From the NCBI GenBank assembly GCA_030917125.1, contig JAUPVH010000001.1, positions 1 to 43,717 on the forward strand: a stretch of 43,717 nucleotides of DNA, written 5' to 3'. This DNA is from Patescibacteria group bacterium (GTDB taxonomy: Bacteria > Patescibacteriota > Saccharimonadia > CAILAD01 > GCA-016700035). The stretch's first letter is position 1. Every line of letters starts with the position of its first letter. Shown one piece after another: positions 9,347 to 18,320 of this stretch. A model generated the notes under the pieces. That model made no database searches. It worked only from the letters and a program-made list of their open reading frames with translations, and was not told the DNA's origin. Position numbers and translations under genes: made by a program.

Positions 9347-9706
9347 CTAGGCCGTTTGGCTCATAGCCGAAAAGCGCTTGCTGACGGACTGGTAGCCGGG
9401 CTTGGTGCTGTCAGGGCACTCCTCCGGCTGCAGGTCATCTACTTCGATGTCGAGGTAAGCTGCGATGGCGTGACGTGGATCTTGTCTGGCCAGCTCGATG
9501 AGATGTTGTTCATCCTCAACATCTGGACTGAGCGTTCGCACAATCTGAGTGTTGTTGGGTGCCAGGATGTTCTTGGGGCTGCGGTGCCAGATGTCGAGCT
9601 GACCTCGATTGGTCTTGCACTGGAAGGCGCCGTCGATGCCTTCGGCAACGAAGAACGTTCGCGCGACGGCTTTGGGTAGCTGCAGCCAAGAGGCTTGGGT
9701 TGACAT
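9347..9706 (-). CDS. hypothetical protein, 119 aa (GC-rich cassette)
   Basis: Of the overlapping track ORFs, this frame has strongly G/C-biased third positions. GGAG lies upstream of the ATG. No motif recognised. Confidence 0.5.
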   Translation of the reverse strand: MSTQASWLQLPKAVARTFFVAEGIDGAFQCKTNRGQLDIWHRSPKNILAPNNTQIVRTLSPDVEDEQHLIELARQDPRHAIAAYLDIEVDDLQPEECPDSTKPGYQSVSKRFSAMSQTA

Positions 9707-9778
9707 GTGAGTTGGAACTCCATGGATAGGGTACGGTTAGCTTGTAAATAGTAAAATATTTCGATAAGATAGTCAACT

Positions 9779-10825
9779 ATGAAGAACGAGCAGCAGACAG
9801 TATATGTAGGGCTTTCTGGCGGGGTAGATTCAAGTGTTGCGGCAGCTTTGCTTATAGAGCAGGGCTATCGAGTTGTTGGCGCATATATGAAGAACTGGAC
9901 CCAAGACATCGCCGGTAATCCCTGCCCCTGGGAGGATGATTTGCGTTCAGCGAAAAGCGTGGCCGCTCATCTTGGCATTGAGCTGAAAATATTTGATCTC
10001 CAAACTCAGTATAAAGAACGTGTGGTTGATGCGATGGTGCAGGCGTATGCGGCCGGGCTCACGCCAAATCCTGATGTACTGTGTAATGAAGAAATTAAGT
10101 TTTCGCTGTTTTATGATTTGTGCCGCGAAGCGGGAGCAGATTTTGTGGCTACCGGGCACTATGCTCGAATTCTTGATGGTCGGCTTACGCAGGCGATAGA
10201 CAAGAAAAAAGATCAAACGTATTTCCTGTATCGAATGCCAATTGTATCGGCGCAGCGTGTATTGTTTCCGCTAGGTGAATACGAAAAGCCACAAGTCCGC
10301 GAGTTGGCTGCGGAGCGAAAACTGCCAACGGCTACACGGCGCGAAAGTATGGGTTTGTGTTTTGTAGGTAAAATTCCGCTTAAAGATTTTTTGGGTGAAT
10401 TTATGGAACTTGAGCCAGGTCCGATTTTTGATGAAGCAGGTAAAGAGCTCGGTCGACATGACGGCGCGGCGCTCTACACCGTGGGCCAGCGGCACGGCCT
10501 GGGCGTGGGTGGTGGTACACCGTTCTACGTACTCTCAAGGGATCTTAAAGCCAATAGTGTGACGGTAACCGCAGACCCGTCGCAACTTAAGAAAAGCCAT
10601 TATGATATTGGCGGCGCTACCTGGTGGATGCAGCCCGAGAATGATGCTTCTTATCAGGTTCGTATCCGTCACTTGGGTGAGCTCTTAAACTGTAAGCTAG
10701 AAGAAAAAGTCGAAGGAAACTGGCGCATCCATTTAATCGATGGAGCTCATAGAGGCGTGGCGGCTGGTCAACATGCGGTTATCTATGATGGCGATTTCGT
10801 ACTGGGTGGCGGGGTAATTCAATAA
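9779..10825 (+). CDS. mnmA: tRNA-specific 2-thiouridylase MnmA
   Basis: PP-loop VGLSGGVDSSVAA, conserved NPDVLCN and GHYAR motifs. Promoter ttgtaa-N17-taagat ends 8 nt before the ATG. Confidence 0.92.
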   Translation: MKNEQQTVYVGLSGGVDSSVAAALLIEQGYRVVGAYMKNWTQDIAGNPCPWEDDLRSAKSVAAHLGIELKIFDLQTQYKERVVDAMVQAYAAGLTPNPDVLCNEEIKFSLFYDLCREAGADFVATGHYARILDGRLTQAIDKKKDQTYFLYRMPIVSAQRVLFPLGEYEKPQVRELAAERKLPTATRRESMGLCFVGKIPLKDFLGEFMELEPGPIFDEAGKELGRHDGAALYTVGQRHGLGVGGGTPFYVLSRDLKANSVTVTADPSQLKKSHYDIGGATWWMQPENDASYQVRIRHLGELLNCKLEEKVEGNWRIHLIDGAHRGVAAGQHAVIYDGDFVLGGGVIQ

Positions 10826-10917
10826 TAAGCAATACATAAACTGCAGGAAATGCTCTGACTGTACCCGAGAAAGTCCTTATGCTACACTGCATAGTGAAAT
10901 AAGGAATCTCTAGCTCT

Positions 10918-11886
10918 ATGGCAACTCCCGATGACAAAATAAAACCAACTGGTCCAAGTATTGCTGATGGCTCGATGGCATATATGCCAAAGCCTGAAGG
11001 TGCAGAAGCAACAGAAGGTGAAGACGAAATTCGTCTTGATCACAATAAGAAGGAAGAAACCCAGACGATGGCCGACATCGCTGAAGAGCTTGGTGGCGAT
11101 AAAATTACCAATACCCCACAGGCCGATGGTGTAAAAGTTGCAGTTAATGATAAGCCCAAAAAAGCTGATATAAAGAAGCCAACTAAGCCTGAACCAGAAG
11201 TTACTCCAGAGATTATTGAGCCAGAAGTTATTGATGATGGCAATATACCGCCTGCCTACGAAGCTGAGCGATCGCATGAAAGTAAGGGCGGCGGTAAGGG
11301 ATTTCTCGTCTTTTTACTGATAGTGGCGCTCGTGGCAGCCGGTATATTTGGATATCTGTGGTGGACCGAAAAGCAGCAAGTCGCCACGCTGCAGTCGGAA
11401 GTTGACAAGCTTACGGAAGCAAACAAGGGGCTTTCAGGAGAAACTACTACTGCGGTTGCTACAAGCGACACCAGAACTATCCCCGAGCTTGGTTTAAGCT
11501 ATGCGTTTGGCGATGATGTTGCGGCTGTCACGTATCGTTTCCGTGAAACCACCGATGCAAACAAGCAGGCTCACAAGGTAATTACGTTTTCTTCCACTAA
11601 GGTGGTTGAAGCCGAGCGAAAAGTTAGTAATACGGCACCAAAGTGTACGGCTGAGTTTGGGCCGCTTGGCTCACTCACCAGCTATGCTACAGGGGATACC
11701 TATAAGGGCGGCAAAATTGAAGATGTAGAAGTCGATAACGAAACCGTGTTAAAGCTGGGCGATACGTATTTTGTATACGAAGCCGCACAGTCAGCCTGTT
11801 CTTCAGACGCTACGGTTCAGGAAGTTGTAACCGCGGAGAAAACTGCCGTACAAGCATTTGTGAAGTCATTAAAGGAGCAGCAATAG
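10918..11886 (+). CDS. hypothetical membrane-anchored protein (acidic/lysine-rich N-terminus, single TM, coiled coil)
   Basis: TM segment FLVFLLIVALVAAGIFGYLWW followed by a TEKQQVATLQ coiled coil. Paralogous architecture to the next gene. Confidence 0.6.
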   Translation: MATPDDKIKPTGPSIADGSMAYMPKPEGAEATEGEDEIRLDHNKKEETQTMADIAEELGGDKITNTPQADGVKVAVNDKPKKADIKKPTKPEPEVTPEIIEPEVIDDGNIPPAYEAERSHESKGGGKGFLVFLLIVALVAAGIFGYLWWTEKQQVATLQSEVDKLTEANKGLSGETTTAVATSDTRTIPELGLSYAFGDDVAAVTYRFRETTDANKQAHKVITFSSTKVVEAERKVSNTAPKCTAEFGPLGSLTSYATGDTYKGGKIEDVEVDNETVLKLGDTYFVYEAAQSACSSDATVQEVVTAEKTAVQAFVKSLKEQQ

Positions 11887-11887
11887 T

Positions 11888-12505
11888 ATGGACGAAAAAA
11901 TTCCAGAACCACTTTCAAAGCCAGTAGAACCAACCAAGCCAGGAGCGAATGTTCCTCCAGCTTCCGCCGCTCCAAGCTCAACAGTAAGTTCAACCCCAAT
12001 GGGTATGCCAGCTTCAAACGTTGGTAAGTCTGGTGGTGGGAAAAAAGTTCTTCTTACGTTATTGATTCTACTGTTGATTGGTACTGCTGGAGCCTTCGGG
12101 TACTTGTGGTGGCAGCAGAAGCAAACAGTGACTGCCGAAAAAGCTACGTTGCAAGCGGATAAGGAGGCAGCCGAAAAGAAGGCGACTGAAGCCGAAGCTA
12201 AGCTGAAGGAGGCTGAAGAAGCGCAAGCTGCTGAGACCGAAACTACTAAGACCGATGAGGAGCTCATTACAGAAGCGGCTCAAAATTATGTGGATGCAAT
12301 AGTCGACAGCTCGGGATCAAAGCTCGCTAAGCCCGAGATTTTCACAACAAATAAGAATTTTGCTGGAGTCAGTGTTTCGGATGGCAGTGTGGGTGGTGGC
12401 TACCAAGTTATTTTAAAGAAGGTAAATAACGGCTGGGTTGCGGTATATGCTGGTCAGGGAATAAATGAAAGTATTTACGCGACGTTTGGAATTCCGACAC
12501 AATAA
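11888..12505 (+). CDS. hypothetical membrane-anchored protein, paralog of 10918..11886
   Basis: Shares the GAFGYLWWQQKQTV TM/juxtamembrane motif and the K/E/A-rich coiled coil. Starts 1 nt after the previous stop. Confidence 0.6.
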   Translation: MDEKIPEPLSKPVEPTKPGANVPPASAAPSSTVSSTPMGMPASNVGKSGGGKKVLLTLLILLLIGTAGAFGYLWWQQKQTVTAEKATLQADKEAAEKKATEAEAKLKEAEEAQAAETETTKTDEELITEAAQNYVDAIVDSSGSKLAKPEIFTTNKNFAGVSVSDGSVGGGYQVILKKVNNGWVAVYAGQGINESIYATFGIPTQ

Positions 12506-12525
12506 TTAAATTTAAGTAAAAGATG

Positions 12526-12551
12526 AGGGGCGTCCCGTGTGGGACGCCCCT
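12526..12551. terminator. GC-rich hairpin shared by convergent genes (T-run only on the minus side)
   Basis: aggggcgtccc gtgt gggacgcccct: an 11-bp perfect stem. The minus strand continues catctttta. Confidence 0.6.
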
Positions 12552-12572
12552 GTGAGTGGGGTAGAAGCGAGG

Positions 12573-12959
12573 TCAGCCGGTGAAGCTGATGGCCGTACCT
12601 CCGCCTCCGTTGGTCTGGGTGACCGGCGGCGGGGGCATCGGTGCCACGTAGGGCGGGAGCTTGCGCTCCTCGAACGCGGGCGGGATGAGCTCGAACTCGG
12701 GCAGCTCCGGCACGGTGGTGGTGACCGGCACGGTGGTTGTGGTCGTCTCGGTGACGACGGTTGTCGTGGTCGGCTGGACCGTGGTGGTGGTCTCCTCGAC
12801 GTATTCGGTGGTCGTCGTGACCTCGCAGTCGCTGACGTAGCACTGGTGCTCGTCCTCGTAGTACGAGGTGGCCCCGGCGTTGCCGCCGAAGACAGCGATG
12901 CCGATGAGGATGGCAGCCGCGGCCAGGAGTGCGAAGATCGCGCGTCGCTTCGTTGTCAT
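12573..12959 (-). CDS. secreted/anchored threonine-rich protein, 128 aa (GC-rich cassette)
   Basis: N-terminal signal/TM KRRAIFALLAAAAILIGIAVFG, then repeated TTTT(V/E) tracts and a PPPP segment. The G/C third-position bias picks this frame over the overlapping track ORFs. Confidence 0.6.
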   Translation of the reverse strand: MTTKRRAIFALLAAAAILIGIAVFGGNAGATSYYEDEHQCYVSDCEVTTTTEYVEETTTTVQPTTTTVVTETTTTTVPVTTTVPELPEFELIPPAFEERKLPPYVAPMPPPPVTQTNGGGGTAISFTG

Positions 12960-13092
12960 GATGAGGTGCTCCCTGTAGTGGGTGGATGGAATCCAGCGGT
13001 TTGCTAGAACCTTACTATATTAGCACAAAATCTATAAAAAGTCAATATAAAAAGCTCCACAAAAACCCCTTCTTCAGGTATAATCTACAGAT

Positions 13093-15003
13093 ATGAACGC
13101 CCAAGAAGTCCGTAAAAAATACCTAGAATTCATGGCTCGCCAAGGTCATGTTATTGTGCCGCGCGCAAATATCGTTCCAGACGGAGATCCGACCACCCTT
13201 TTTACTGGCTCTGGCATGCAACCAATGGTGCCTTATCTATTGGGTGAGCCACATCCAGAGGGCAAGCGACTGACTGATTCGCAAACCTGTATTCGCGTGC
13301 AGGATATTGATGAGGTTGGCGACACGAGCCATACCACGTTTTTTGAAATGCTCGGTAACTGGTCTCTGGGTGATTACTTTAAAGAGCAGCAAATCCGTTG
13401 GTTTTGGGAATTTCTCACGTCAGAACTTCTGCTGGATCCACATAAAATATATGTGAGCTGCTTTGCTGGTGATGAGAAGCTTGGTATTCCGCGCGATGAA
13501 GAGGCTGCCGGTGTGTGGAAAGAATTGTTTGAAGCTGCTGGAGTTGATGCAAAAATTGTTGATGTTGGCGGCGCCGAAAATGGTGATAGAGATGGCATGC
13601 AGGGTGGACGAATTTTTTACTACGATGCGAAAGAAAATTGGTGGAGTCGAGCAGGCGTGCCAGAAAATATGCCAGTTGGTGAGCCAGGTGGTCCGGATAG
13701 TGAAGTGTTCTATGATTTTGGGGAAGCGCATCACGACGCTAGTTTTGGTCAGCCGCATCCAGCCAGTGACAGTCCTCGCTTTTTAGAAATTGGCAACTCG
13801 GTCTTTATGCAGTACATCAAAACGGAAACCGGGTTTGAAGAGCTGAGGCATAAAAATATCGACTTTGGTGGTGGCTTGGAGCGACTTGCATCCGCAGCAA
13901 TTGATTCGCCTGATGTATATCGTACGAGTCTCTTGTGGCCAATTGTTTCAAAGTTGGTTGAGCTTACAGACACAGCCTATGAAGGGAATGAGGCTGCCAT
14001 GCGAATTATCGCTGACCACGTGCGCGGTGCGACATTTATGGCGGTTGATGGTGTGCGGCCGAGCAATACCGCGCAGGGCTACGTGATGCGTCGCCTGGTG
14101 CGCCGGGCGATTCGTGGCGGGTTGGAGCTTGGCATCCAGACCGGGCTGATGGCTGCCGTGGTGCCGGTCGTGATTGATATTTATAAAGATGATTATTCTG
14201 AAGTGGTAGAGCAGGCTGAGGATGTGCTAGCGGTTTTGCATGCCGAAGAAGAGGCCTTCCGCAAGACCTTGGAGCGTGGCTTAAGAGAGTTTGAAAAGCG
14301 TACTTCGGAACTAGATTTTACGCAGCGACCACCAGTGCCGACTGGAAAGCGTACGGAGCTCACGGGTAAGTTGATTTTCCAGCTCTCAGACACTTTTGGA
14401 TTTCCGGCTGAGCTGAGCTTAGAAGAAGCCGAAAAAGAAGACGTGCCAGTTGCTCAAAATTGGCAGGAAGAATTCAATCGGCTTTTAGATGAGCAAAAAG
14501 ACCGTTCGCGCACCGCCACAGCCGGGCAATTTAAGGGTGGCTTGGCTGACCATTCGGCAAAGACCGTGCAGTATCATACCGCCACACACTTGATGTATCG
14601 CGCGTTGCGTAACGTACTGGGCGACCACGTAATGCAGCGGGGCAGCAATATTACGCCTGAGCGCTTACGCTTTGATTTCTCGCACACCGAAAAGATGACA
14701 CCAGAGCAAATTGCTGAAGTGGAGCGTATTGTAAATGATGTTATTGGCCGAGATTTAGAAGTGAGTTTTGTCGAGATGGGCAAGGATGAAGCATTTGAGG
14801 CTGGTGCGCTCGGGGCATTTGGGGAAAAGTATCCAGATATCGTGAAGGTCTATACGGTTGGTGACGGTGCTGGTGATTGGTATAGTCGCGAGATTTGCGG
14901 CGGTCCACATGTGCCACGTACCAATGAGCTTGGCAGATTCCGTATTACTAAGGAAGAAAGTTCCTCGGCGGGCGTTCGACGTATTAAGGCTGTTTTAGAA
15001 TAA
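13093..15003 (+). CDS. alaS: alanyl-tRNA synthetase, short form lacking the C-Ala domain
   Basis: FTGSGMQP and GNWSLGDYFK catalytic motifs. Editing-domain HTATHLMYRAL (HxxxH) and CGGPHV. The protein ends soon after RRIKAVLE. The -10 tataat (13079-13084) is 8 nt from the ATG. Confidence 0.92.
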   Translation: MNAQEVRKKYLEFMARQGHVIVPRANIVPDGDPTTLFTGSGMQPMVPYLLGEPHPEGKRLTDSQTCIRVQDIDEVGDTSHTTFFEMLGNWSLGDYFKEQQIRWFWEFLTSELLLDPHKIYVSCFAGDEKLGIPRDEEAAGVWKELFEAAGVDAKIVDVGGAENGDRDGMQGGRIFYYDAKENWWSRAGVPENMPVGEPGGPDSEVFYDFGEAHHDASFGQPHPASDSPRFLEIGNSVFMQYIKTETGFEELRHKNIDFGGGLERLASAAIDSPDVYRTSLLWPIVSKLVELTDTAYEGNEAAMRIIADHVRGATFMAVDGVRPSNTAQGYVMRRLVRRAIRGGLELGIQTGLMAAVVPVVIDIYKDDYSEVVEQAEDVLAVLHAEEEAFRKTLERGLREFEKRTSELDFTQRPPVPTGKRTELTGKLIFQLSDTFGFPAELSLEEAEKEDVPVAQNWQEEFNRLLDEQKDRSRTATAGQFKGGLADHSAKTVQYHTATHLMYRALRNVLGDHVMQRGSNITPERLRFDFSHTEKMTPEQIAEVERIVNDVIGRDLEVSFVEMGKDEAFEAGALGAFGEKYPDIVKVYTVGDGAGDWYSREICGGPHVPRTNELGRFRITKEESSSAGVRRIKAVLE

Positions 15004-15033
15004 AAAATACCCACACGATTGTATCGTATGGGT
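15002..15033 (-). terminator. intrinsic terminator of the minus-strand GC-rich operon
   Basis: Stem acccacacgat/atcgtatgggt (a G-U pair on the minus strand, a mismatch on the plus strand), followed on the minus strand by a T6 run. Confidence 0.55.
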
Positions 15034-15041
15034 TAAAGGCT

Positions 15042-15152
15042 TCAGTCGGTCTCCTCGTCCGGCATGTTGTTTGCGAGCCACCGAAGACCGGCATAGGCTG
15101 CACCGGCGAGCGCGGCTACACCGGCCAGAAATGCTACATAAGGACTCTTCAT
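15042..15152 (-). CDS. putative 36-aa single-TM peptide
   Basis: MKSPYVAFLAGVAALAGAAYAGLRWLANNMPDEETD. Last ORF of the operon, G/C-rich third positions. Called from the internal ATG of track ORF 15042..15242. Confidence 0.35.
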   Translation of the reverse strand: MKSPYVAFLAGVAALAGAAYAGLRWLANNMPDEETD

Positions 15153-15166
15153 GACCTGCCTGCTCT

Positions 15167-15292
15167 TTAGTAGCTGTCCCAGCTGCGTTCGCGCATATCG
15201 CGATCGATATCGTCCATCCACTTGATGAGTTCTCGGCAGCACAGGGCGATTCCGAGAAGCACACCAGTGGATATTGCAAGTTTCTTGGTCAT
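15167..15292 (-). CDS. putative 41-aa single-TM peptide
   Basis: MTKKLAISTGVLLGIALCCRELIKWMDDIDRDMRERSWDSY. Its ATG shares one nucleotide with the stop of the upstream ORF (TAATG), which suggests translational coupling. Confidence 0.4.
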   Translation of the reverse strand: MTKKLAISTGVLLGIALCCRELIKWMDDIDRDMRERSWDSY

Positions 15293-15597
15293 TACATCAC
15301 CTCTGTTCCAGTAGTATCGATGAAGGCAGATGATCTGCGCGCTCGCAATTCGGCATCTACTCGCGAGACCTGTCGTCTGAGTTGCTGACCGTGACCAAAT
15401 GTGATGGTCTGAACTTGTCCTTGATTCGCATCCTCGGTGATCTGCCGCATCGTGATGTCGACAGTGTGACGAGCTCTGAGTGAGCCTGGACGGGTTTGCT
15501 CCACAACATGATTGGCGCCATCGTGACAGATGACATCGCGCGCACGGATTGCGAGTGCGCTGCACCCGATGAAGATTTTCGGATCCTCAGTATTCAT
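15292..15597 (-). CDS. hypothetical protein, 101 aa
   Basis: Track ORF. Starts 9 nt after the stop of the phosphatidyltransferase gene. No motif recognised. Confidence 0.5.
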   Translation of the reverse strand: MNTEDPKIFIGCSALAIRARDVICHDGANHVVEQTRPGSLRARHTVDITMRQITEDANQGQVQTITFGHGQQLRRQVSRVDAELRARRSSAFIDTTGTEVM

Positions 15598-15606
15598 GTC
15601 TGCCCC

Positions 15607-16440
15607 CTATGCTGCTTGGTTATTTCGACGTGCCCAACGAGTGAGTTCTCTGACGGATCGCGTTTGGGGTACCTCGACACCACGCTTACGCGCAGTTGCC
15701 TGAAGCTTCCAGAGGTCGATCCGATGCAGGTGAAGACTCTTGTCTGCGAAAAAGCGTGCGATGATCAGCATGAAGGTGAGCCAGAGCGCACCTACCGATG
15801 AGTTCGGTGCCGCGATGAGCAAGATGTAGGCCAGGATGAATGAAAGCGACTGGATGGTGAATTTCACCTTGCCGAAAACATTCGCTCCAGGCAATTCGAC
15901 ATCTCCCAGCGCGTCGACGGCCATCTTGGTGTCACGGGCGATCAGAACGAGCTTGAGCTCAATCCAGATTACCCATGATAGTGCGCCGAGCAATGGGAGG
16001 AAGGCGAGTAGTCCTTGAAGGTGCCAAGTCAGCACCAAGTAGGCGATGGCGAGCACCAAAATCAAGGTCTTGTCGGCGGCTGGGTCGATGGCTTTGCCAA
16101 AATCTGAGACTGCATTGAGGCGTCTCGCCAGTGGCCCATCAAGTCCATCCATAATGATGAGTCCGGCAGCAATCCCGAGCCATAGCCAGGCATCACTGGT
16201 ATTTTCGCGCCAAATTGCAGCACCCAACATGTACGCAACGTAGGGTGACACGATAATACGTGCGACCGACATGGCGTTTGGTACGTTGTCGATTGCTCGA
16301 GCGCTACTTGGCCAGTAATGCTTGATCACTAGGAGCCACCAACCCAACAGCCAGAACGCTGCCTGGTCGAGTAGCCATTTCACTTCTCGCACAACGGGCG
16401 GATCTTCACCGGAGTGATAGTCATAGCTTATGCTGTGCAT
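15607..16440 (-). CDS. CDP-alcohol phosphatidyltransferase family protein (GC-rich cassette)
   Basis: The signature D(x2)DG(x2)AR(x8)G(x3)D(x3)D is present as DGLDGPLARRLNAVSDFGKAIDPAADK. Multi-TM protein. Promoter-like ttgaaa-N17-gataat lies upstream on the minus strand. Confidence 0.8.
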   Translation of the reverse strand: MHSISYDYHSGEDPPVVREVKWLLDQAAFWLLGWWLLVIKHYWPSSARAIDNVPNAMSVARIIVSPYVAYMLGAAIWRENTSDAWLWLGIAAGLIIMDGLDGPLARRLNAVSDFGKAIDPAADKTLILVLAIAYLVLTWHLQGLLAFLPLLGALSWVIWIELKLVLIARDTKMAVDALGDVELPGANVFGKVKFTIQSLSFILAYILLIAAPNSSVGALWLTFMLIIARFFADKSLHLHRIDLWKLQATARKRGVEVPQTRSVRELTRWARRNNQAA

Positions 16441-16540
16441 AGAGCAGATTCCCTTCGGTTAAGGTGCAAAACTGGCGCAATTATCTCCTATACATAGGGT
16501 TTTTTCAAGAAGAAACTTGGCATGGTAGAATAGAGCATAT

Positions 16541-17824
16541 ATGGCGCTTAAGCTACCAAAAATTCCTAAATTTGGAAAAAATACGAATCGTGGATCTGCC
16601 GCCAAGCAGGATCCTTACATCGTTTCGCTAGATATCGGCACAGAGTATGTAAAAGCTTTGGTTGGCGAAGTGAAGGGTGATCATGTTGAGATTATTGGTG
16701 CTGCTAAGCAGCGTCAACGTCTCACTGATATGGCCGGCGGGGCAGTAACCGATATCGCTGGCGTGGTTGATAATTGCGACAAAGCGCTGCGGGAAGCCGA
16801 GAAAATGTCTGGTGTAGTGGCTCGTAATACGGTCATCGGTATCGCCGGTGAGCTCGTGAAAGGCATGAGCACTACCGTAAGCTATCGTCGCGCCCGACCA
16901 GAAGTACAGATCGATATGGTGGAGCTCAAAGACATCATCGAGCGTGTGCAGCGTACGGCCTTCGATAAAGTGCGCGATCAACTTTCCTGGGAAACTGGCA
17001 GTAATGATATGCAGGTAAAACTTGTGAATGCAGCGGTGGTGGATGTAACAATCGATGGGTATCGCGTCACCAATCCAATTGGTTTTCAGGGTCAGGATGT
17101 TTCGATTGCGGTGTTTACCGCTTTTGCACCGATGGTACATTTGGGCGCACTCCAATCTGTTGCCCGTGACCTTGATTTGAACCTCATTAACATTGCGGCT
17201 GAGCCGTTTGCGGTCGCCAAGAGTGTTGGCGCTGATGATAGCACCGAGTTTTCGGCAATTTTTATTGATATTGGTGGTGGTACCTCAGACATCGCGGTAG
17301 TGAATAATGGCGGGGTGGTTGGCACCAAGATGTTTGCAATTGGTGGCCGTAGTTTCACCAAGCGTATTGCTCAGAGTTTAAGCGTGAGTTTTGAAGAAGC
17401 CGAAAAGCTGAAAATAAATCACTCGGCAGGAGCGCTCGCAAAGGCTGAAGAGTCGGCAGTTGCGGATGCGCTCGATACTGATGTTGAAGTGTGGCTCTCG
17501 GGTGTGGAGCTGTCGCTTTCAGAATTTGATGAACTCGACCATTTGCCAAATCGCATTTTATTGTGCGGCGGTGGCTCTGCATTGCCAGAAATTAAAAAAG
17601 CTTTGCAAACTGAGTGGTACAAAGATTTACCGTTTGCCCGCAAGCCCAAGATTGATTTTGTAGCGCCAGCCGATGTAAACCGAGTATTGGATCATACTGG
17701 CCGCCTGACGAGCCCTCAGGATATTACGCCAATGGGCCTGGCAAACCTGGCTTTGGACATCGTTGGAACTGAAGCAAAAGGCGAACAGCTTTTGCAGCGA
17801 TTAAGCCGCACTCTCTCGATATAA
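16541..17824 (+). CDS. ftsA: FtsA-like actin-family cell-division ATPase
   Basis: Phosphate-binding SLDIGTEYVKA and FIDIGGGTSDIAV motifs, and CGGGSALPEI. Size and layout fit FtsA (a PilM-like alternative is not excluded). Confidence 0.72.
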   Translation: MALKLPKIPKFGKNTNRGSAAKQDPYIVSLDIGTEYVKALVGEVKGDHVEIIGAAKQRQRLTDMAGGAVTDIAGVVDNCDKALREAEKMSGVVARNTVIGIAGELVKGMSTTVSYRRARPEVQIDMVELKDIIERVQRTAFDKVRDQLSWETGSNDMQVKLVNAAVVDVTIDGYRVTNPIGFQGQDVSIAVFTAFAPMVHLGALQSVARDLDLNLINIAAEPFAVAKSVGADDSTEFSAIFIDIGGGTSDIAVVNNGGVVGTKMFAIGGRSFTKRIAQSLSVSFEEAEKLKINHSAGALAKAEESAVADALDTDVEVWLSGVELSLSEFDELDHLPNRILLCGGGSALPEIKKALQTEWYKDLPFARKPKIDFVAPADVNRVLDHTGRLTSPQDITPMGLANLALDIVGTEAKGEQLLQRLSRTLSI

Positions 17825-17828
17825 ATAC

Positions 17829-17857
17829 TTGACAAAGCATAAGTATTTTGGTATAAT
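17829..17857 (+). promoter_or_regulatory. consensus promoter driving a GC-rich cassette
   Basis: ttgaca (17829-17834), 17-nt spacer, tataat (17852-17857). Confidence 0.55.
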
Positions 17858-17894
17858 ACTCTAGTTCGTTGATCCCTGACATTGGAGAAATTAG

Positions 17895-18203
17895 ATGAGT
17901 GATCAGTTTGCCGTGATTTTCGGCGTCATCGTGTCCATCGCGGCACTACTACTGCTGACGGCGCAGGCGCTCAAGAGCGAGCGGGGCAACTACATGACTT
18001 GGCCCTTCCTCTTGGCGCTTCTATGGGGAGGCTCGAATGCCGCGATCAGACTCTTCTTCATGAGGGAGTACATGTTCACGGTCATGTTGTTGACGCTACT
18101 CATTGCTGGGATCGTCAATCTCAGCCTGATGAACCTCGCATTGCCTTCGGCTACACCCAAGACCACCCCACCGAAGTCGGACGACGCCCAGGCTTCGGCC
18201 TGA
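17895..18203 (+). CDS. small multi-TM membrane protein, 102 aa (GC-rich cassette)
   Basis: GGAGAA Shine-Dalgarno 6 nt upstream. Three hydrophobic helices. G/C third-position bias. Confidence 0.55.
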   Translation: MSDQFAVIFGVIVSIAALLLLTAQALKSERGNYMTWPFLLALLWGGSNAAIRLFFMREYMFTVMLLTLLIAGIVNLSLMNLALPSATPKTTPPKSDDAQASA

Positions 18204-18230
18204 CCCTCTCCGACTCTGTCCTCGAACACC

Positions 18231-18262
18231 GCCCGGCCAACTTTGGCCGGGCATTACTTTTA
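18231..18262 (+). terminator. intrinsic terminator
   Basis: Stem gcccggcc/ggccgggc followed by attactttta. Confidence 0.6.
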
Positions 18263-18291
18263 TTGACTCAAATGCTATTTGATTGTAGTAT
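18263..18291 (+). promoter_or_regulatory. sigma70-like promoter
   Basis: ttgact-N17-tagtat, immediately after the previous terminator. Confidence 0.45.
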
Positions 18292-18320
18292 AGAATATCT
18301 TTCGTACCTCTGGAGGAGAT

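Noticed and set aside
12475-13007. Track ORFs 12475..12843 (-) and 12537..13007 (+) overlap the Thr-rich gene.
   Set aside because: Their products are Arg/His/Gly/Asp low-complexity sequences typical of off-frame reading of GC-rich DNA. Only 12573..12959 (-) has a signal peptide, G/C-biased third positions and a terminator.
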